This document shows positions 60,749 through 64,000 of a stretch of DNA of 64,000 nucleotides, piece after piece. A program made the position numbers and the translations under genes. Under the pieces are notes generated by a model. That model had not been told where the DNA came from, ran no database searches, and saw only the letters and a program-made list of their open reading frames with translations. Positions within the stretch are counted from its first letter, which is position 1. Every line of letters starts with the position of its first letter. Source of the DNA: Octopus vulgaris (taxonomy: Eukaryota); NCBI GenBank assembly GCA_951406725.2, contig OX597816.1:177568001-177632000 (forward strand), given 5' to 3'.

Positions 60749-63311
60749 TCATTTGTACGATTTCTCTATAAGTGTGTTTACAAGGGGAATCTTAGAGAAG
60801 AGAATATGGAAGAGTTCAGAGTTGCAAATGTTACAAAATCTCCTGCCCTTATCAAAAGGAAAGGATACAGACAGTATGAACCAATCTAACTTAAAATCTA
60901 TATTATTGTCTTTAAGACGCCAAACTAATTTACTTAGCCCTGTACTATGTCGTTTTTTACTATCCCTGAATGTTGAATAATGGTTTGAAATCCTCTTGGA
61001 TAACTGGGAAGTGGACACTCCTATATAGAAGAAGACATCGGTACCGGAAGAAATTCTATACTGGTAAATAGAATTCTTAGTCTTAGAATTACTAAACAAA
61101 AATTTAATTCTGTTGGGATTGTCCTCCGAGATCGAAACGAAGTTTTTATTGCTATGATTGTTGTTACTATTATTATTAGCACTACCAACAACACTATTCC
61201 TATTATTATTATTAGTATTATTAATGGTAATACAACCAATAATACCATCAACAATAATACCGTTATTGTTATTACCATTAACATTACCATTGTTATTAAC
61301 ACGACTATTACTATTATTATTATTATTATTATCATTGTTAACACTATCACTACTACCATTGCTATTACTATTAATACTATTCCTATTATTATGAATGTAT
61401 GATGGGTTGGAATTAGCAAGATTAATGCTGGAACTCCCGGGTGAAGAACCTTTATTTAGCAGCTTAGTTTTGTGAGAAGATATAATTTGTGAAAGATTTC
61501 TAGTGTTAGAGAAAGCGATTCAAACTATGTGGGAATTGATAATAGAATAATATCTAGAATGTTGGGGAAAGTTCCTAGCAACGGCTTCACGGAACTGCAA
61601 GGGAAGGTTCGATTTAATTTGTTTACCGAAAGGTATTACGACCCAGATACAGTTTTTAGTGACCTTTAAATTGTACGTAGTGTTATTTGTAAAAAGTAAG
61701 GAGAAAATTTCTGGGTTGGAAATTTGGGGTTGAATGGCGCTTACCTCCCCTGGTCTGTAAAGAATTTATATTGTGTATAAGGCTGCTTGCACTATTAGAA
61801 TTAAAATCACTATTCCTATTACAAGTAACTATTTTATCTGGCGAAGCAGATGTTGGTTTAGAATGAGCTGAATTGATGTATGACACTTTCTCTCTATAGT
61901 CGGCTTTTAACAAGGCGGCGTTATAGAAGTCTGCCTTTTGGTTAAAAATGTCAACATTGGCAGATAATTTAGACAGTCTCAGAGATATGTTTTTGAATAA
62001 GTTATCGGTAACTGGCCTAGCATGATTACTGTAAAGGCTAATATACTTAAGATTTGTGAAAGGTTTATGATAAGGGAAGTATGAGTTATTCTGTAAATTG
62101 AGGGTAATGTATAAGAAGTTGGCTTTAGTTAACTCATCGTCAAAAACGATGCGCAAGCCCATTCTACTAAAAACCTAACTAATCTGTTCTTAACCTTCTG
62201 TATTTTTTGGTTTGAAATGTTTTGGAGGTAAAGCAGAGAATCGTCACGATAAAGACCTCCTGCGCGTAAGATGTCCGGGAATTGGTCGACCAATTCATAA
62301 AGAATATATATTCCGACCAAATCGGCTATCTGGGCGCTGTTTGTACTTCCCATTAGTACATCAAACGCATTAGGAGTATCTCTGCGGACCCACAACTTGC
62401 TATCGAACTGGATGAATGATTTCCTATCAGTCAATATTACATTAATTTTTCCCCAGAGAGGCCTGCCTTACTGTGTGCGTGTCATAGGGCCTTATTAAGT
62501 ATAATAGGGTTGATTGAAGAATAGAAACTAGATATATCGAATTGGATAAATTTAGTGTTGGCCTTATCAGTAATAGAAGTAAACCAATCTACGACTTGAG
62601 CAGAATTGGACCATAAGCTAAGTTTTAATTTATTAATTAATATAGGGATATACTTATCTAATATGTATTTGCTAAGAGTACCGATGTCTGAGCTGGAAGG
62701 GCATATAAGCCGCAATGCTGGGTTAGCATAAAAGTTCTGCTTGTGGTCTTTTTAAATAAACCTGGGATGCCTGGGGTTCAATGGTTCTGTCTTCATCTGT
62801 AATCCATAAGTTTCCATAATCCATTTAGCTTCCAAGTTGGCCTGCCTGAGAGTATTCCTACTGGTGGTTTTGTAATTTTTATGGATCTCCTTTTCGAGCA
62901 GTTCCAAATAGTGGCTTTTGGTAAGCTTATAGAGGTTTCCGGTTTTATCCGATTGAACTAGGATGTAATCTAAGTTATTGATTTCTCTAGAGACGTTATT
63001 AAGGTATCTGAGGTGCTTATTCCTGAGGGGTGATCGATGAAATTTAATATTCTTTACGATGGCCCAAAGATCATCTTCGAATTTCTTCAATCTAGGATTA
63101 GGTGGAGGCGTAGCCTTCGATTTAAATAGTTTTTATATTCATTAGAGATGTCGTTACTGGTCTCTTTTAGGTCCTTATTGTTGTGGAAGAAGGCGAGCCA
63201 TCTGATGCGGATGATAAATACATTAGTCTTGTTAATGAGTTCCTTAAGGAAAGCTTTTTTCGGTGGAATAGGAATATCCTTAAGGGAGGCGTTAATATTG
63301 AACAACTCCAT
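60749..63311 (-). pseudogene. PLE RT + GIY-YIG polyprotein with multiple frameshifts
   Basis: ORFs 63087..63311, 62752..63090, 62482..62715, 62129..62434, 61683..62162 and 60749..61099 lie in collinear domain order. Confidence 0.85.
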
Positions 63312-63563
63312 TTGCGGTATCGGTTATGTTAGCAGGTTCTCAGGGAAACAGTATAAGAATATTTCGATAGGTGAATGAATTATCCTATGTTTACCGTCAA
63401 CATGGAAAATTCAATGAACCGATACCAGGGTAGCAAATTCACGTCAGAAACACGGTTGAAGCGACCTGTCCAAGGGTAGAAACTCCGGGTTCATGTGCAG
63501 AAATTTGTGTGTTATATATGAATAAATAAATGAATGGAGTTGAACGAAGATGTTAACAAAATT

Positions 63564-63656
63564 CCTTTACTCTCGACACATGTTTCGAAGACAACATGGT
63601 TTCATTCCAAAGGAATAAACGGTGCAAGATGCAATCTTCTCATCAGGAAAGAAAGG
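63564..63656 (-). ncRNA. Type I hammerhead in the PLE terminal repeat (second copy at 60385-60477)
   Basis: Minus strand: ctttc-CTGATGA-gaaga...tcttc-GAAAC-atgt-GTC-gagag; long stem II and very short stem III. Confidence 0.78.
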
Positions 63657-63746
63657 GAGCCTCTCTCAACAACAAGACAAACAAAAATTGCGATGACTGC
63701 CTACATGGTAAACACAACGATAATAAGTGTTTTAAAAAAACCGTTA

Positions 63747-63797
<51 letters not shown>

Positions 63798-64000
63798 TTT
63801 ATTACAGTTTGATTCAGCTAGCTTTAAATAATGAACTGCGTAACTGCCACTAAATGTGTTGAATGCCTTTCTTTCATTTGTCCGCTCACCCATGTATATG
63901 CAAGTTGATAATAATGTTAATTATGATAATAATTATAAATATGACAATCTTTACCTCCAACTTAACATGGACGTTGTGTCAGAATAGTAAATACTGCGTT

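Larger units (their letters stand above)
60341..63749 (-). mobile_element. Near full-length Penelope-like element (Naiad-like) with ~230-bp direct terminal repeats, inserted in (TA)n
   Basis: Repeats at 60341-60570 and 63520-63749. N-terminus SLKDIPIP...LINKTNVFIIRIRWLAFF; RT motifs FIQFDISSFYSSI, MGSTNSAQIADL and GLYRDD; C-terminal GIY-YIG (SIY...FYIG...RISNH...STGLSK...CNIC). Confidence 0.9.

Noticed and set aside
61515-61530. In-frame TGA in the PLE as selenocysteine (reported for some Naiads)
   Set aside because: It falls where I expect a basic residue (likely CGA>TGA decay), the copy is otherwise frameshifted, and no SECIS was identified.

Overview
AT-rich, repeat-saturated animal genomic DNA with no convincing host protein-coding gene. 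The SINE families and microsatellite load resemble octopus/cephalopod DNA (inference). Most listed ORFs are microsatellite or SINE artefacts. Supported content: (1) a ~7.5 kb (GAT)n-(AAT)n-(GAT)n microsatellite; (2) many tRNA-derived SINEs; (3) LINE relics (Tx1/L1-like, Dong/R4-like, RTE-like); (4) mariner and DUF4817-type Tc1/mariner relics and hAT MITEs; (5) a near full-length Penelope-like element (Naiad-like) with hammerhead-containing terminal repeats. Two systems stand out. First, a 5.5-copy tandem array of a 359-bp non-coding unit, each copy carrying a type I hammerhead ribozyme with a non-canonical core (a retrozyme-like, putatively circRNA-forming element), plus several further distinct hammerhead motifs elsewhere. 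Second, a family of RT-less, ORF1-only (HAL1-like) retroelements: four are stacked head-to-tail inside a non-autonomous Helitron, within a Helitron-captured fragment of a related ORF1, and an empty copy of that Helitron lies 4 kb away. All motifs, pairings and alignments were read by eye, and coordinates may be off by a few bases.
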